Shown: positions 28,409-44,201 of the stretch, piece after piece | Numbering within the stretch: the stretch's first letter is position 1 | How the letters are laid out: every line of letters begins with the position of its first letter | Program-made: the position numbers and the translations under genes | Source: Klebsiella phage K64-1 | Length of the DNA: 64,000 nt | Direction: 5' to 3' (one strand) | Sequence record: AB897757.1 | The notes under the pieces: generated by a model | What the model saw: the letters and a program-made list of their open reading frames with translations, nothing else | The model's database searches: none | What the model was told of the DNA's origin: nothing

Positions 28409-31400
28409 ATGTATATTGATGCATATATGGAACGAAAACGTAGTGGTGATGTGTTGCATGTAGTAGAACGAAAAAATGGAAAGCGTATTCTACGAGAATT
28501 ACAACCACTATATGAGTATTATGTAGAAAATGTTAATGGTAATCACAAAACCATTTATGGTACTAAAGCAGAAAAACTGGAATTCGATACTGCATCTGAA
28601 CTAAAACGAAGTATAGAAAAAAATGTAGCAAATGGAATCAGAACATTTGAAGGTAAATTCAATGTTGTATTCAAAACACTTGCTCAATATTATATGGGTA
28701 CTGAATCACCAGATTTAAACATTGTATTCTTCGATATAGAAACTGATTTTCATAAGAAATTTGGTTATGCATCTCCATCTAATCCCTTTAATCGTGTAAC
28801 AGCCATTTCATTATATCAGTCATGGACAGGTAAAGATTATGTACTTACCCTTGCTCCAGAAGATATGACAACAACAGAAGCACAGGATATTGTCAATAAA
28901 CTAAATGCGGAAACTAATGATCCAAATTCAAGTGTAATTCTTTATACTGATGAAAAGGAAATGTTCATGGATTTCTTTAGTCTAATTGATGATAGTGATG
29001 TATTATCTGGATGGAATAGTGAATTTTTTGATATTCCTTACATGATTAACAGAACCAAAATTATCTTCAATGAAGCCATGACTGCTCGTTGGTGTTTATG
29101 GAATAAAAAACCAATTGCACGTGAAGCGGATAACTTTGGTAAATTGGTACAGACTTATGATTTGGTTGGTCGAGTTCATCTTGATTATCTTGCTCTTTAT
29201 AAGAAACACGCTGCTCAGGTAGAGCAATCGTATAAACTTGATTATATCGCAGAAAAAATCACAAAAGAAAATAAAGTACAGTACGAAGGATCTCTGGATA
29301 AATTATATAGAGAAGATTATATGACTTTCCTTCGATATTCTAAACAGGATAGCATTCTTCTCAAAAAAATCGATTCTATTCTTGACTATATTAGTCTGCA
29401 TAACCGACTTGCACATAAAGAATGTGTTCTCATCAAAACTACTATGGGTTCAGTAGCACTGATTGACACTTCAATTATCAATCTAGCACACAAACGTGGT
29501 GAAGTGGTATTTGATAAAAAAGAAGAGGTTGAAATTGATCCAGAACTTGAGTACTATGATGGATACGATGATGATGAAGACAATAATGATTCAAAACTCA
29601 GTGCAAAAGCAGCAGGTGCATGGGTACAAGACCCAATATTAGGATTAGTTGAATACTTGGGTTGTACTGACTTTAACTCACTTTACCCAACTGTACTTCG
29701 AACTCTAGGAATGAGTACTGAATGTATTCTTGGGCAAATTAGACAAGATTATACAGAAAAATACTTAGAAGAACGTATATCTGAACAAAAAGCAAAGTCT
29801 AAATCAAAATCATTTGAACCGGAGTGGACAGCAGCATGGCATGGTTTATTCGCCGCCGTGGAGTTTACGATGGTACATGAAAGAAGTGAAAAACTACTGA
29901 CTATTGATTTAGAAGATGGTAGTTCTTTCCAGGCAACGGGTTCACAGTTATATGATATTATATTCAGTCCAGAAAGTACTATTGTACTTAGTGCAAATGG
30001 AACACTATTTGATAAATCAAAATATGGTGTTATTCCAGATATCCTAACGCAATGGTATTCTGAGCGTAAAGCCCAGCAAAAAATGGTAATTGATTATAAA
30101 CATATGGCTTCAGATGGTTGGGAAATTCCATCACCTGATATTGTTCAAAATATGTTTTCACAATTCAGTACTAAATCATACTATAAAACAAACCTTCATG
30201 AAGAAGATCCAGTATATCTTCTACGTAAAGCTATAGGTGATAATAATCTTGAAGAAATTTCTCGTCTTATTGTAGAAAATAATTTAGTACTAAAAGATGG
30301 ACGTATTTTTTGTTCAGATGAGGATAAAAAATATTTCAAACAACAAAGTGCTTTCTGGAAACAAAACCAACAAATTCGTAAAATTCTTCTAAACAGTCTT
30401 TATGGTGCACTATTGAACAAAGGAAGTACTTTCTTTGATAAACGACTTGGACAATCAGTAACACTAACTGGCCGCTCAATGACAAAACACATGGCAAGTC
30501 GCATTAATGAAATTACTACTGGGGTTTATAATCACACTGGTGGTAGTGTTATATATGGTGATACCGATTCTGTGTACTTCAGCGTTGTTCATTATTTAAA
30601 AGAACAAAACATTCCATGTGATCTAAGTAAAGAAGAGATTGTGGATATGTATATAAAAATTGGCGATGAAGTGGGTGAATCTTTTCCTGAATTTATGGAC
30701 AAAATGTTCAATACTGGAATTGAAAAAGGTAAAATTGTAGGTGCTGATCTGGAAATGGTTGGCTCCCGAGGGCTGTTCCTTAAAAAGAAACGTTATGCTA
30801 TACTGAAATATTGGGAAGATGGGTTCCGTAAAGATGTTGATGGTAAACCTGGTGAAATCAAAGCAATGGGGCTTGAGATTAAGCGTTCAGATACACCAAA
30901 ATACATCCAGAACTTCCTTGAAGAGACTTTAATGGCATTACTGGTAGGGGAGTCCGAGAGTGAATTAAAACAGCGTGTACGTGATTTTAAGGCGGTATTT
31001 AAGGACAAACCAGCACACGAAAAGGGTTCGCCTAGAACAGTGAAAAATTATTCAAACCTTGAAGCTGATTTTAAAAATACTGGTAAATGTCATGTAGGTC
31101 ACGTCCTCGCTGGTATTCAATGGAATATGTTACGCAATGCATATGATGATAAAACTGTGCCAGAAGTTACTGATGGTACTAAAGTGATTGTATGTGATTT
31201 GAAACCAAATCCACTTGGAATTACTAAAATTGGTTATCCAATTGATTGTGTTGAGTACTTACCTGAGTGGTTCCTTGAATTACCGTTCGATACAGATAAA
31301 ATGGAAGAAATTATCTTAACTAAAAAACTGGATAATATCTTTGGTATTCTTGATATGGATATTGGTATTCATGAAAAAAGTACTGCACAGGATTTTGGAT

Positions 31401-31411
31401 TTTTCTCGTAA
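28409..31411 (+). CDS. 43: DNA polymerase gp43 (family B)
   Basis: Exo I FDIETDF. Motif A DFNSLYPTV. KILLNSLYGAL. Motif C IYGDTDSVYFS. 1000 aa. Confidence 0.9.
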   Translation: MYIDAYMERKRSGDVLHVVERKNGKRILRELQPLYEYYVENVNGNHKTIYGTKAEKLEFDTASELKRSIEKNVANGIRTFEGKFNVVFKTLAQYYMGTESPDLNIVFFDIETDFHKKFGYASPSNPFNRVTAISLYQSWTGKDYVLTLAPEDMTTTEAQDIVNKLNAETNDPNSSVILYTDEKEMFMDFFSLIDDSDVLSGWNSEFFDIPYMINRTKIIFNEAMTARWCLWNKKPIAREADNFGKLVQTYDLVGRVHLDYLALYKKHAAQVEQSYKLDYIAEKITKENKVQYEGSLDKLYREDYMTFLRYSKQDSILLKKIDSILDYISLHNRLAHKECVLIKTTMGSVALIDTSIINLAHKRGEVVFDKKEEVEIDPELEYYDGYDDDEDNNDSKLSAKAAGAWVQDPILGLVEYLGCTDFNSLYPTVLRTLGMSTECILGQIRQDYTEKYLEERISEQKAKSKSKSFEPEWTAAWHGLFAAVEFTMVHERSEKLLTIDLEDGSSFQATGSQLYDIIFSPESTIVLSANGTLFDKSKYGVIPDILTQWYSERKAQQKMVIDYKHMASDGWEIPSPDIVQNMFSQFSTKSYYKTNLHEEDPVYLLRKAIGDNNLEEISRLIVENNLVLKDGRIFCSDEDKKYFKQQSAFWKQNQQIRKILLNSLYGALLNKGSTFFDKRLGQSVTLTGRSMTKHMASRINEITTGVYNHTGGSVIYGDTDSVYFSVVHYLKEQNIPCDLSKEEIVDMYIKIGDEVGESFPEFMDKMFNTGIEKGKIVGADLEMVGSRGLFLKKKRYAILKYWEDGFRKDVDGKPGEIKAMGLEIKRSDTPKYIQNFLEETLMALLVGESESELKQRVRDFKAVFKDKPAHEKGSPRTVKNYSNLEADFKNTGKCHVGHVLAGIQWNMLRNAYDDKTVPEVTDGTKVIVCDLKPNPLGITKIGYPIDCVEYLPEWFLELPFDTDKMEEIILTKKLDNIFGILDMDIGIHEKSTAQDFGFFS

Positions 31412-31423
31412 TGATGGTGATAT

Positions 31424-31786
31424 ATGTTTGAAGATGAAATTCAAAGGAATAATGAATTGTATGAAGAGTATAAAAAAATGAAATCTGAAACAAAACAAAA
31501 GAACATTAACATAAGAATTACAGAATGTCTAATGAGTAATACTATCGATTCAGTACTGGCATATGATGCAATAGATGAGGACATTCTAACCAAGAATGGT
31601 TTCGTTAGAACAGGAACTATTTCTTTGTGTAATGAGATTGTTGGTGTTTATAGAAACCCAGTAAATAAAAAAACTTTTACTATAGAAATTGGTGATGATG
31701 TAGAACATCCATCAAATTTCATTGAAAAGGTTAACAATGAAATAATTAAAAAATCAGATAAACACTATCTGTACAACTGGAAATAA
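31424..31786 (+). CDS. hypothetical protein
   Basis: 120-aa ORF. Confidence 0.45.
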   Translation: MFEDEIQRNNELYEEYKKMKSETKQKNINIRITECLMSNTIDSVLAYDAIDEDILTKNGFVRTGTISLCNEIVGVYRNPVNKKTFTIEIGDDVEHPSNFIEKVNNEIIKKSDKHYLYNWK

Positions 31787-31899
31787 TTATTTTTTTTATT
31801 AAAAAATCTGAACAAGACAAGCATTTGTGATAAAATGCTTGTGTTGGAAAAGCAAAGAAACAACGATTAAATTTATAAAATAACAAAGAGGAATTAAAT

Positions 31900-32643
31900 A
31901 TGGATCTACGCAGTGTACTACGCGATCTGATGAACACTACTTCTAGTATGAATTTTGATAAAATTTCCATTACTAAAGAAGATCGTGGTGATGGTGAAAA
32001 AATTTATATGGAAAGTAAAGCAGATCAAAATGCTATTGTAATGCGTGCGTATGTAAAAGAGTCCGTACCTGAACTGGTTGAACTAAGTGGTCGTTTTGGT
32101 CTAGGTCAACTAGGTTTACTACAAGGTCTTCTGAATCTTAATACATTTAAGACTGAAGACACAAAAATTGTACCAATTATCAAAGATGGTGCTGTTAAAA
32201 GTCTAACCTTTACATCACCAGAAGCAACAACCAATTTTGTTGTTATTTCTGATAAACTAACACCACAGGCTGTTAAAGTTGCTGAGCGTGGTTATGAAAT
32301 TCAAGTAACACCAAGTGCTTCTAAAATTCAGGAACTCAAAAACTTTAGTTCTCTGTTCAAATCAATGAGTACTAAAATTACTCCTTACACCGAAAATGGG
32401 ACTCTATATTTCTCTTGTGGTGAGAAAAATAAAAATACTTCAGGTGGTGTACTTGCATTCTGCCTGTGTGATGTTGAATACCCAATGCTACAAGGCTATG
32501 AAATTGATTCAGTACTATCAGCTACTGCTCGTGTAGCAAACGCAGAAAGTACTGAAATGTTTATTACAAATAAAGGTCTAATGAAAATTAAAGTTGATAC
32601 TGGAATTGCAGTATACGAATTTTTCATGCAAGGTTCAGTATAA
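31900..32643 (+). CDS. possible sliding clamp gp45-like protein
   Basis: 247 aa, acidic. Assigned from its size and its position near the polymerase gene. No firm motif. Confidence 0.3.
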   Translation: MDLRSVLRDLMNTTSSMNFDKISITKEDRGDGEKIYMESKADQNAIVMRAYVKESVPELVELSGRFGLGQLGLLQGLLNLNTFKTEDTKIVPIIKDGAVKSLTFTSPEATTNFVVISDKLTPQAVKVAERGYEIQVTPSASKIQELKNFSSLFKSMSTKITPYTENGTLYFSCGEKNKNTSGGVLAFCLCDVEYPMLQGYEIDSVLSATARVANAESTEMFITNKGLMKIKVDTGIAVYEFFMQGSV

Positions 32644-32655
32644 GTAATAACTAAA

Positions 32656-32690
32656 ATGGGGAAATGAATTTCCCCATTATAATAAAGGAG
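32656..32690 (+). terminator. terminator-like hairpin
   Basis: atggggaaat-ga-atttccccat, weak T-run. Confidence 0.4.
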
Positions 32691-32701
32691 AAAATATAAA
32701 A

Positions 32702-32908
32702 ATGCCAATTTATACTTATCGTTGTAGTACCGAAAATTGTACTAATGTAGAAGATAAAATTGTTAAATATTCAGAACGTGAAAATCCAAAAGACTGTAAA
32801 GTGTGTGGTTCTGAAAAATCAATGCATTTTGAAAATTTCACACCGGGTGACAAAGGTGCAGCTTTTAACTACAAAGGAAATTGGTTGAATACCACAGGGA
32901 GATATTAA
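32702..32908 (+). CDS. FmdB-family zinc-ribbon protein
   Basis: MPIYTYRCSTENC...CKVCG...FE fits the MPIYEYxC...CGxxFE signature of FmdB-type zinc ribbons. Confidence 0.55.
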   Translation: MPIYTYRCSTENCTNVEDKIVKYSERENPKDCKVCGSEKSMHFENFTPGDKGAAFNYKGNWLNTTGRY

Positions 32909-32909
32909 T

Positions 32910-33209
32910 ATGAAATTAAAAATGATTAATGATTATGTACTGGTAAAACTTATTAAAGCAGAGGATACTAGTGCTGGTGGTATTATTCTAAGCAATGTTG
33001 AACCGCCTTGTGTCGGTCTTGTATTGTCAGTAGGTAAGGGTAAAGTTCTACCTAATGGCGAAATTGCTGAACATGATATTAAAGAAGGTGATATGGTTAT
33101 TTTTGGTAAATCATCCCTTAATATACCAATTGAAGAAGATCTTGGTGGTGGAAAGGATACTTATCATGTAATGAAAATTGAAGAAGTGTTTGGTAAGAAA
33201 TATGCATAA
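32910..33209 (+). CDS. groES: GroES-type co-chaperonin (cpn10; functional analogue of T4 gp31)
   Basis: MKLKMINDYVLVK...TSAGGIIL...GKGKVLPNGE...GDMVIFGK is close to bacterial GroES MKLKPLNDRVLVK...TAGGIVL...GPGKVLDNGE...GDKVLFGK. Confidence 0.8.
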   Translation: MKLKMINDYVLVKLIKAEDTSAGGIILSNVEPPCVGLVLSVGKGKVLPNGEIAEHDIKEGDMVIFGKSSLNIPIEEDLGGGKDTYHVMKIEEVFGKKYA

Positions 33210-33909
33210 GAAAAAACGTCTCTTTCCATTTTGGTTAATTCCAGCCCATTGGGGATTAACTGGAAAAGCAAAAGAACTCGCTAAAATCAATTATTATTAT
33301 TCAGGAAAAGATGCTGATCTTATGAGTGCAGAACATATGTACTTAACTCCATATGAAATTGATAAAGCAAAAATGGAAATCAACAAAAAATATGATGATA
33401 TTAGTGAACTACTATATCGTATCGGTGTTGTTGATTTGGATTTAAAATACAATCGAATTTCTAAACTGGAGCACAGTAATTTAGTACTGGACATTCGATA
33501 TGAATTAAAAGAACTGGATGAAAAAGAGTACGAAGCTCAAAAAATCGAATTACTTCCTGATGGTGTGGAAAAGAAATTAGCTGCAATTGAATATTCATAT
33601 AAGTATCATGAGATTACTGAAAATGAATATCATAAAGAAATCGCAACTATTAACAAAGAACCATGGGGTCAATTATATTCATCATATAATCCAGAAGAAG
33701 GTTCAATTGAATTTTCTTTTGATTATAATGAATATTTTTGGAAAAAACTAAAAGCTGATGGTCATCCGGGTAATGACGAAGATGAGATTATCGATAATTA
33801 TATCAGATATTGTTGTCGAAACATTGCACAGGATGATAATGAAGTTTCTGAAAGTGATGATGTGGTAATTCCAGACATTCTTCCCGAAGGATTTAAATCT
33901 TACAAATAA
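33202..33909 (+). CDS. hypothetical protein
   Basis: The track ORF is 33178..33909. A likely internal start MHKKK at 33202 overlaps the groES stop. Confidence 0.45.
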   Translation: MHKKKRLFPFWLIPAHWGLTGKAKELAKINYYYSGKDADLMSAEHMYLTPYEIDKAKMEINKKYDDISELLYRIGVVDLDLKYNRISKLEHSNLVLDIRYELKELDEKEYEAQKIELLPDGVEKKLAAIEYSYKYHEITENEYHKEIATINKEPWGQLYSSYNPEEGSIEFSFDYNEYFWKKLKADGHPGNDEDEIIDNYIRYCCRNIAQDDNEVSESDDVVIPDILPEGFKSYK

Positions 33910-33914
33910 TAAAA

Positions 33915-33946
33915 AAGGAGAATCAGTTTGATTCTCCTTTTTTTTA
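33915..33946. terminator. bidirectional rho-independent terminator
   Basis: aaggagaatca-gtt-tgattctcctt followed by a T8 run. Convergent genes on either side. Confidence 0.75.
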
Positions 33947-33955
33947 TATTAAAAA

Positions 33956-34651
33956 TTAGCTTACCAGAGCAGGGATCCATTTATACATCTTAATGGCGAA
34001 ATCACCAGCAGCATCAGCAGCGGTACTTAGTAGTGGAACTACGGTAACGCCATCTTTAGCCAGCATTGGAACACCAGTGAGATCATCAATCAACAGACGA
34101 CCTACTTCTTTTTCAGTACTTGGAACACCTTGGAAAGAACGAATGTTTTTATCAAATACATCAGCACGTTCGATCATAAAGGTAACAACAGTAGCAGCAG
34201 CGATTGAAGCAGTACCTACAGAAAGAACACCATTTGGTGCATTGGTAAAATCTTCAATAGCAACACCAGTAGGATTGCCAGCGATTTCAGAAGTACTCAG
34301 AATAACTGCACGTTGTTGGACAATATCAACAATACGTTGTAGATTCAGTTGAGCAGCATAGGCAGCATTGTAATCAGCTTCAAGAGTTGCAACAACGAAT
34401 GGAGTACCGTCAACGCGGATAATACCTTTTTCGTTAAGATAAGCAACGATTACTTCTGGTAGTTCAGTGTTTAGAAAACGTTGAACACCGACAAATGAAC
34501 TAATTGCACCAGTAACCATAAAATCAACATTACCTAGTTTACTTACAGCGATTGATGCAAGGGCATTCTTACCATAGAAGTAGCCAAGTACTTTATCATA
34601 AGAAAAGCCATTAATACGTTCAAATTCGGTATTAGTAGTATTAGTAGCCAT
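33956..34651 (-). CDS. Ala/Val/Thr-rich protein, paralogue A of a two-gene pair (candidate abundant virion protein)
   Basis: 231 aa. Shares QRAVILSTSEIA and FMIERADVFDKN with the neighbour's QRAVLVTTSTIA and WIIERQDVFNKQ. Strong RBS aagggga. Confidence 0.5.
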   Translation of the reverse strand: MATNTTNTEFERINGFSYDKVLGYFYGKNALASIAVSKLGNVDFMVTGAISSFVGVQRFLNTELPEVIVAYLNEKGIIRVDGTPFVVATLEADYNAAYAAQLNLQRIVDIVQQRAVILSTSEIAGNPTGVAIEDFTNAPNGVLSVGTASIAAATVVTFMIERADVFDKNIRSFQGVPSTEKEVGRLLIDDLTGVPMLAKDGVTVVPLLSTAADAAGDFAIKMYKWIPALVS

Positions 34652-34666
34652 AGTTAATTCCCCTTA

Positions 34667-35275
34667 TTATAGTTGTACTGGTAGTGCAGCACGTACTTTA
34701 ACAGCAGCAGCAGTTGCAGCAGCGGCATTACCGCTTGCACCAGTACCACTTAGAGCATCGACAACGGCATCTTTAGTACGGAAAATACCAGCCTGTACCA
34801 GTGCTTTAGCTAGATCTTCTGCTGGGTTAACAGGGACGTCATAAGCAGCACCTGGACGTTTATCTTGTTTGTTGAATACGTCTTGGCGTTCGATGATCCA
34901 AGTAATAGCAACAGAACCAGCACCACCAGCAACATCAACGCCGCTGGTTGCAAATGCAACTACATTAGCAGAAGCGGTTTTGAAATTGGAAGGGATAACA
35001 ACATCAGTATCAAATGCAATTGTAGAAGTAGTAACCAGTACTGCACGTTGACGTAGCAGTGAAGTAATTACGAACTGATTGTATTGAGCATTGGTTAGTG
35101 CAGTTTGAAGTGCCTGATCTTGTTCTTCAGAACCATCAGAAGTTACTTTGGTATGACCAACTTCAACATCAGTTGGTAGATCAATTACTACGGTTACGAA
35201 ACCGTTATTACCACCCCACCATTCGCGGCTATCAGCACTCATACCATAGTTGCGGTTAAAAGAGTTAAGACTCAT
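34667..35275 (-). CDS. Ala/Val/Thr-rich protein, paralogue B
   Basis: 202 aa. Strong RBS taaggag 8 nt before the ATG. Poly-Ala C-terminus. Confidence 0.5.
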   Translation of the reverse strand: MSLNSFNRNYGMSADSREWWGGNNGFVTVVIDLPTDVEVGHTKVTSDGSEEQDQALQTALTNAQYNQFVITSLLRQRAVLVTTSTIAFDTDVVIPSNFKTASANVVAFATSGVDVAGGAGSVAITWIIERQDVFNKQDKRPGAAYDVPVNPAEDLAKALVQAGIFRTKDAVVDALSGTGASGNAAAATAAAVKVRAALPVQL

Positions 35276-35408
35276 AAAAAAATCTCCTTAGTCAATTTTG
35301 TTGTAAGTTTTCACCTTACTTAAAGTTATTTATCAAAATAAATCAGACCCCATTAAAATATAATAAAAAAGTCCAATTTTAACATAATAATATTTATCTT
35401 TTAAATAT

Positions 35409-35438
35409 TTGAACGAATTAAAATCTAAATGATATAAT
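35409..35438 (+). promoter_or_regulatory. sigma70-like promoter TTGAAC-18-TATAAT upstream of rnh
   Basis: ttgaacgaattaaaatctaaatgatataat lies about 37 nt before ATG at 35475. Confidence 0.45.
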
Positions 35439-35474
35439 ATTATTGCTTATTATGAAATGAAACGGAGTTCATAA

Positions 35475-36946
<1,472 letters not shown>

Positions 36947-36981
36947 TTCAGGAGAAATGATAAGGATATCATTTTATTTTT

Positions 36982-40318
<3,337 letters not shown>

Positions 40319-40343
40319 ATATCTAAATAAAATACTAAAATAA

Positions 40344-41636
<1,293 letters not shown>

Positions 41637-41723
41637 ATAAAAACTGAACGAAAATCACCAATTTGATATAATGAATATTGTAAGGAGATGTACCTACAAA
41701 TATAAAAAAGCAGTTAAATAATT

Positions 41724-41753
41724 TTGAACAAAAACACAAAAATGTTCTATAAT
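41724..41753 (+). promoter_or_regulatory. sigma70-like promoter TTGAAC-18-TATAAT in the gp32 leader region
   Basis: ttgaacaaaaacacaaaaatgttctataat lies about 95 nt upstream of the gp32 ATG. Confidence 0.5.
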
Positions 41754-41846
41754 TATTTGGTAGGAAGGAAGAATGAATTTTCTTCTGATATTAGTGACAA
41801 AGAAAATATAAACAAAGATGCAATTAAACATAAAGGACTATAATCT

Positions 41847-42932
41847 ATGAAAACTCTAGCAGAAATTCGTGCAGAACTAAAAGCTCAAGCTGAAAAACAA
41901 GAAGCTCAAAAGAATGGTACATTTGTTGGTGAACGTAAACCAGATTCTTTCTTGGCTTTTTGGAATGTTGGTTTAAATGAAACTCTAAACCTTCGTTTTC
42001 TACCTGATGCAGATGAATCAAATCCATATTTCTGGCGTGAACGTGATATGATTAATCTTACCTTTAATGGTATTAAAGGTGTTAAACAAGAACGTGTAAC
42101 TGTTCAAGTGCCATGTAATGAAATGTGGGTACCAAAAAGCTGCCCAGTATTGACTGAAGTTCGCAAATGGTTTGATGAAGCAAATAAAACCGAAAACGAG
42201 GAACTGAAAAAACTAGCATCCTCTTACTGGAAAAAGAAAACCTATCTGATGCAATGTTTTATTGCTCCAGACAGTGCACCAGTTAAAGATGATATTGCTC
42301 CAGAAAACCCAATTCGTCGAATTCTAGCTAATAAAGATATCTTCGAAAAAGTAAAATCCATTCTACTTAATCCTGGTATCAAAGAAATGCCAACTCACTT
42401 CGAATATGGTCGTGATTTTGGTATTACTAAAACTAAAAATGGTGGTGGGTATAACAATTATGATAGTTCACAATTTTCTATGTCTGAACGTCCACTGAGT
42501 GCAGAAGAACGTGCAGCAATTGAAAAATATGGTCTGTATAATCTAAATGATTTTATGCCAAAACAACCAAATGCAGAAGAACTAAAAGCAATCAAAGAAA
42601 TGTTCGAAGCATCAGTGAATGGTGAAGCTTATGATCCAGATCGTTGGGCTTTTGCTTACCGTCCAGCAGGTGTTCAAAAACCACAAACTACATCTCCTGC
42701 TGATGTGATTGCTAGTGCAAATATTCAAACTCCATCTGTAAGTACTGAACCAACAACCCCTGTTGTAGAGAGTACCAGTACTGCTGCATCAGACCTGCTA
42801 AATCGCCTGAAAACTAACAGTACTGCACCAGTACAGGAACCAGTAGTTGCATCAGCACCAGTTCCTGAAACTACCAAAAGTACTGCTTCAGCAGCAGATC
42901 TAATTGCCCGTCTGAAACAACAACAAAAATAA
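41847..42932 (+). CDS. 32: single-stranded DNA-binding protein gp32
   Basis: FWNVGLNETLNLRFLPD matches T4 gp32 LKLDNAGNGQAVIRFLPS. Cys/His residues lie at positions resembling the T4 gp32 zinc site. Ser/Thr/Ala-rich C-terminal tail. Confidence 0.7.
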   Translation: MKTLAEIRAELKAQAEKQEAQKNGTFVGERKPDSFLAFWNVGLNETLNLRFLPDADESNPYFWRERDMINLTFNGIKGVKQERVTVQVPCNEMWVPKSCPVLTEVRKWFDEANKTENEELKKLASSYWKKKTYLMQCFIAPDSAPVKDDIAPENPIRRILANKDIFEKVKSILLNPGIKEMPTHFEYGRDFGITKTKNGGGYNNYDSSQFSMSERPLSAEERAAIEKYGLYNLNDFMPKQPNAEELKAIKEMFEASVNGEAYDPDRWAFAYRPAGVQKPQTTSPADVIASANIQTPSVSTEPTTPVVESTSTAASDLLNRLKTNSTAPVQEPVVASAPVPETTKSTASAADLIARLKQQQK

Positions 42933-42963
42933 TAAGTTTTTGGTAAAATATAGAGTATATAAT

Positions 42964-42992
42964 AAAGGAGCTATGGATTAGCTCCTTTTCAT
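42964..42992 (+). terminator. rho-independent terminator
   Basis: aaggagct-atggatt-agctcctt followed by ttcattt. Confidence 0.6.
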
Positions 42993-43005
42993 TTCAAATG
43001 GAGAA

Positions 43006-44124
43006 TTGAATATGAAACTGACAAGTGGTTTTGCTAATATTTTAAAAAATAGTACTGCATCAGTTAAAAAGAATACTGGTGTTAGCGTTGGATTCCATGA
43101 TCCTGATACATGGATCAGTACTGGTAATTATGCACTTAATTATCGTATTAGTGGTTACTTTGATCGTGGTATTCCACTAGGAAAAGTTGTAATGTTTGCA
43201 GGTGAATCTGGTGCAGGTAAATCATTCCTAGCTTCTGGTAATATAGCTCGTGAAGCACAAAAACAAGGTATTTTTGTAGTACTAATCGATTCAGAGAACG
43301 CTCTTGATTCTGATTGGTTAGAATCTTTAGGAGTAGATACTTCAGAAGATAAACTTCTAAAAGTTAACATGGGCATGGTAAACGACGTAGCCAAATTCAC
43401 ATATGAATTTATTGATGGATATCGTAAAGAATATCAAGATATCCCTCGTGAAGAACGCCAGAAAGTATTATTCATTGTGGATAGTATTGGTTTTCTATCT
43501 GTTCCTGCTGCTGTTGAACAATTCAAATCAGGGGATATGAAGGGGGACATGGGGATAAAGGCGAAGCAGCTAAAAGCTTATATTACTCAATGTGTGAACT
43601 CTTTTGGTGATCTGAATATTGGTATGGTTTGTGTGAATCATTCATATTCCTCACAAGACATGTTTAACCCAGATCCTGTTGTAGCCGGTGGTGCCGGACT
43701 TGTATATGCTTCTTCTATGGTAATTGCAATGGCTAAGTTGAAGTTAAAAGAAGATGAAGATGGAAATAAAACTTCAGAAGTTAATGGAATTCGTGCTAAA
43801 TGTAAAGTTATGAAGACTCGCTATAATAAACCTTTTGAGGATGTAGAAATTAAGATTCCGTGGAATACTGGCATGGATCCAAGAAGTGGTTTACTTGATA
43901 TGTTTGAGAAGTATAATTTGATTACAAAAACTGGCAATAGACTTCAATACACTGATATAGATACTGGTGAAGTAATTATTAAATTTCGTAAAGCATGGTC
44001 TAATAATGAAGACAACTGTTTAGATTTAGTAATGAATCAGTTTAAACGCAATCCATTAGTCGCACCAATCACTGAAGAAGAAAAAGGCGATGAGAACTTT
44101 GGTGTTGAACCAGATGTAGAATAA
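43006..44124 (+). CDS. uvsX: RecA-like recombinase UvsX
   Basis: Walker A GESGAGKS. TGMDPRSGLLDMFEKYNL matches T4 UvsX GGIDPYSGLLDMALELGF. 372 aa. Confidence 0.85.
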   Translation: MNMKLTSGFANILKNSTASVKKNTGVSVGFHDPDTWISTGNYALNYRISGYFDRGIPLGKVVMFAGESGAGKSFLASGNIAREAQKQGIFVVLIDSENALDSDWLESLGVDTSEDKLLKVNMGMVNDVAKFTYEFIDGYRKEYQDIPREERQKVLFIVDSIGFLSVPAAVEQFKSGDMKGDMGIKAKQLKAYITQCVNSFGDLNIGMVCVNHSYSSQDMFNPDPVVAGGAGLVYASSMVIAMAKLKLKEDEDGNKTSEVNGIRAKCKVMKTRYNKPFEDVEIKIPWNTGMDPRSGLLDMFEKYNLITKTGNRLQYTDIDTGEVIIKFRKAWSNNEDNCLDLVMNQFKRNPLVAPITEEEKGDENFGVEPDVE

Positions 44125-44139
44125 ATGTTTAAAATTATG

Positions 44140-44168
44140 GTTGATTTAGGTCAACCATTTTGTTATAC
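44140..44168 (+). terminator. terminator-like hairpin
   Basis: atggttga-tttagg-tcaaccat followed by tttgtt. Confidence 0.4.
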
Positions 44169-44201
44169 TTTCAGTATAACATTTTAATTGAGAATTTACA
44201 G

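Noticed and set aside
28409-31411. Intein or intron in DNA polymerase (1000 aa versus 898 aa in T4)
   Set aside because: Polymerase motifs Exo I, A and C are colinear with T4 spacing, give or take about 70 aa. No LAGLIDADG, HNH or GIY-YIG block. No frame break.
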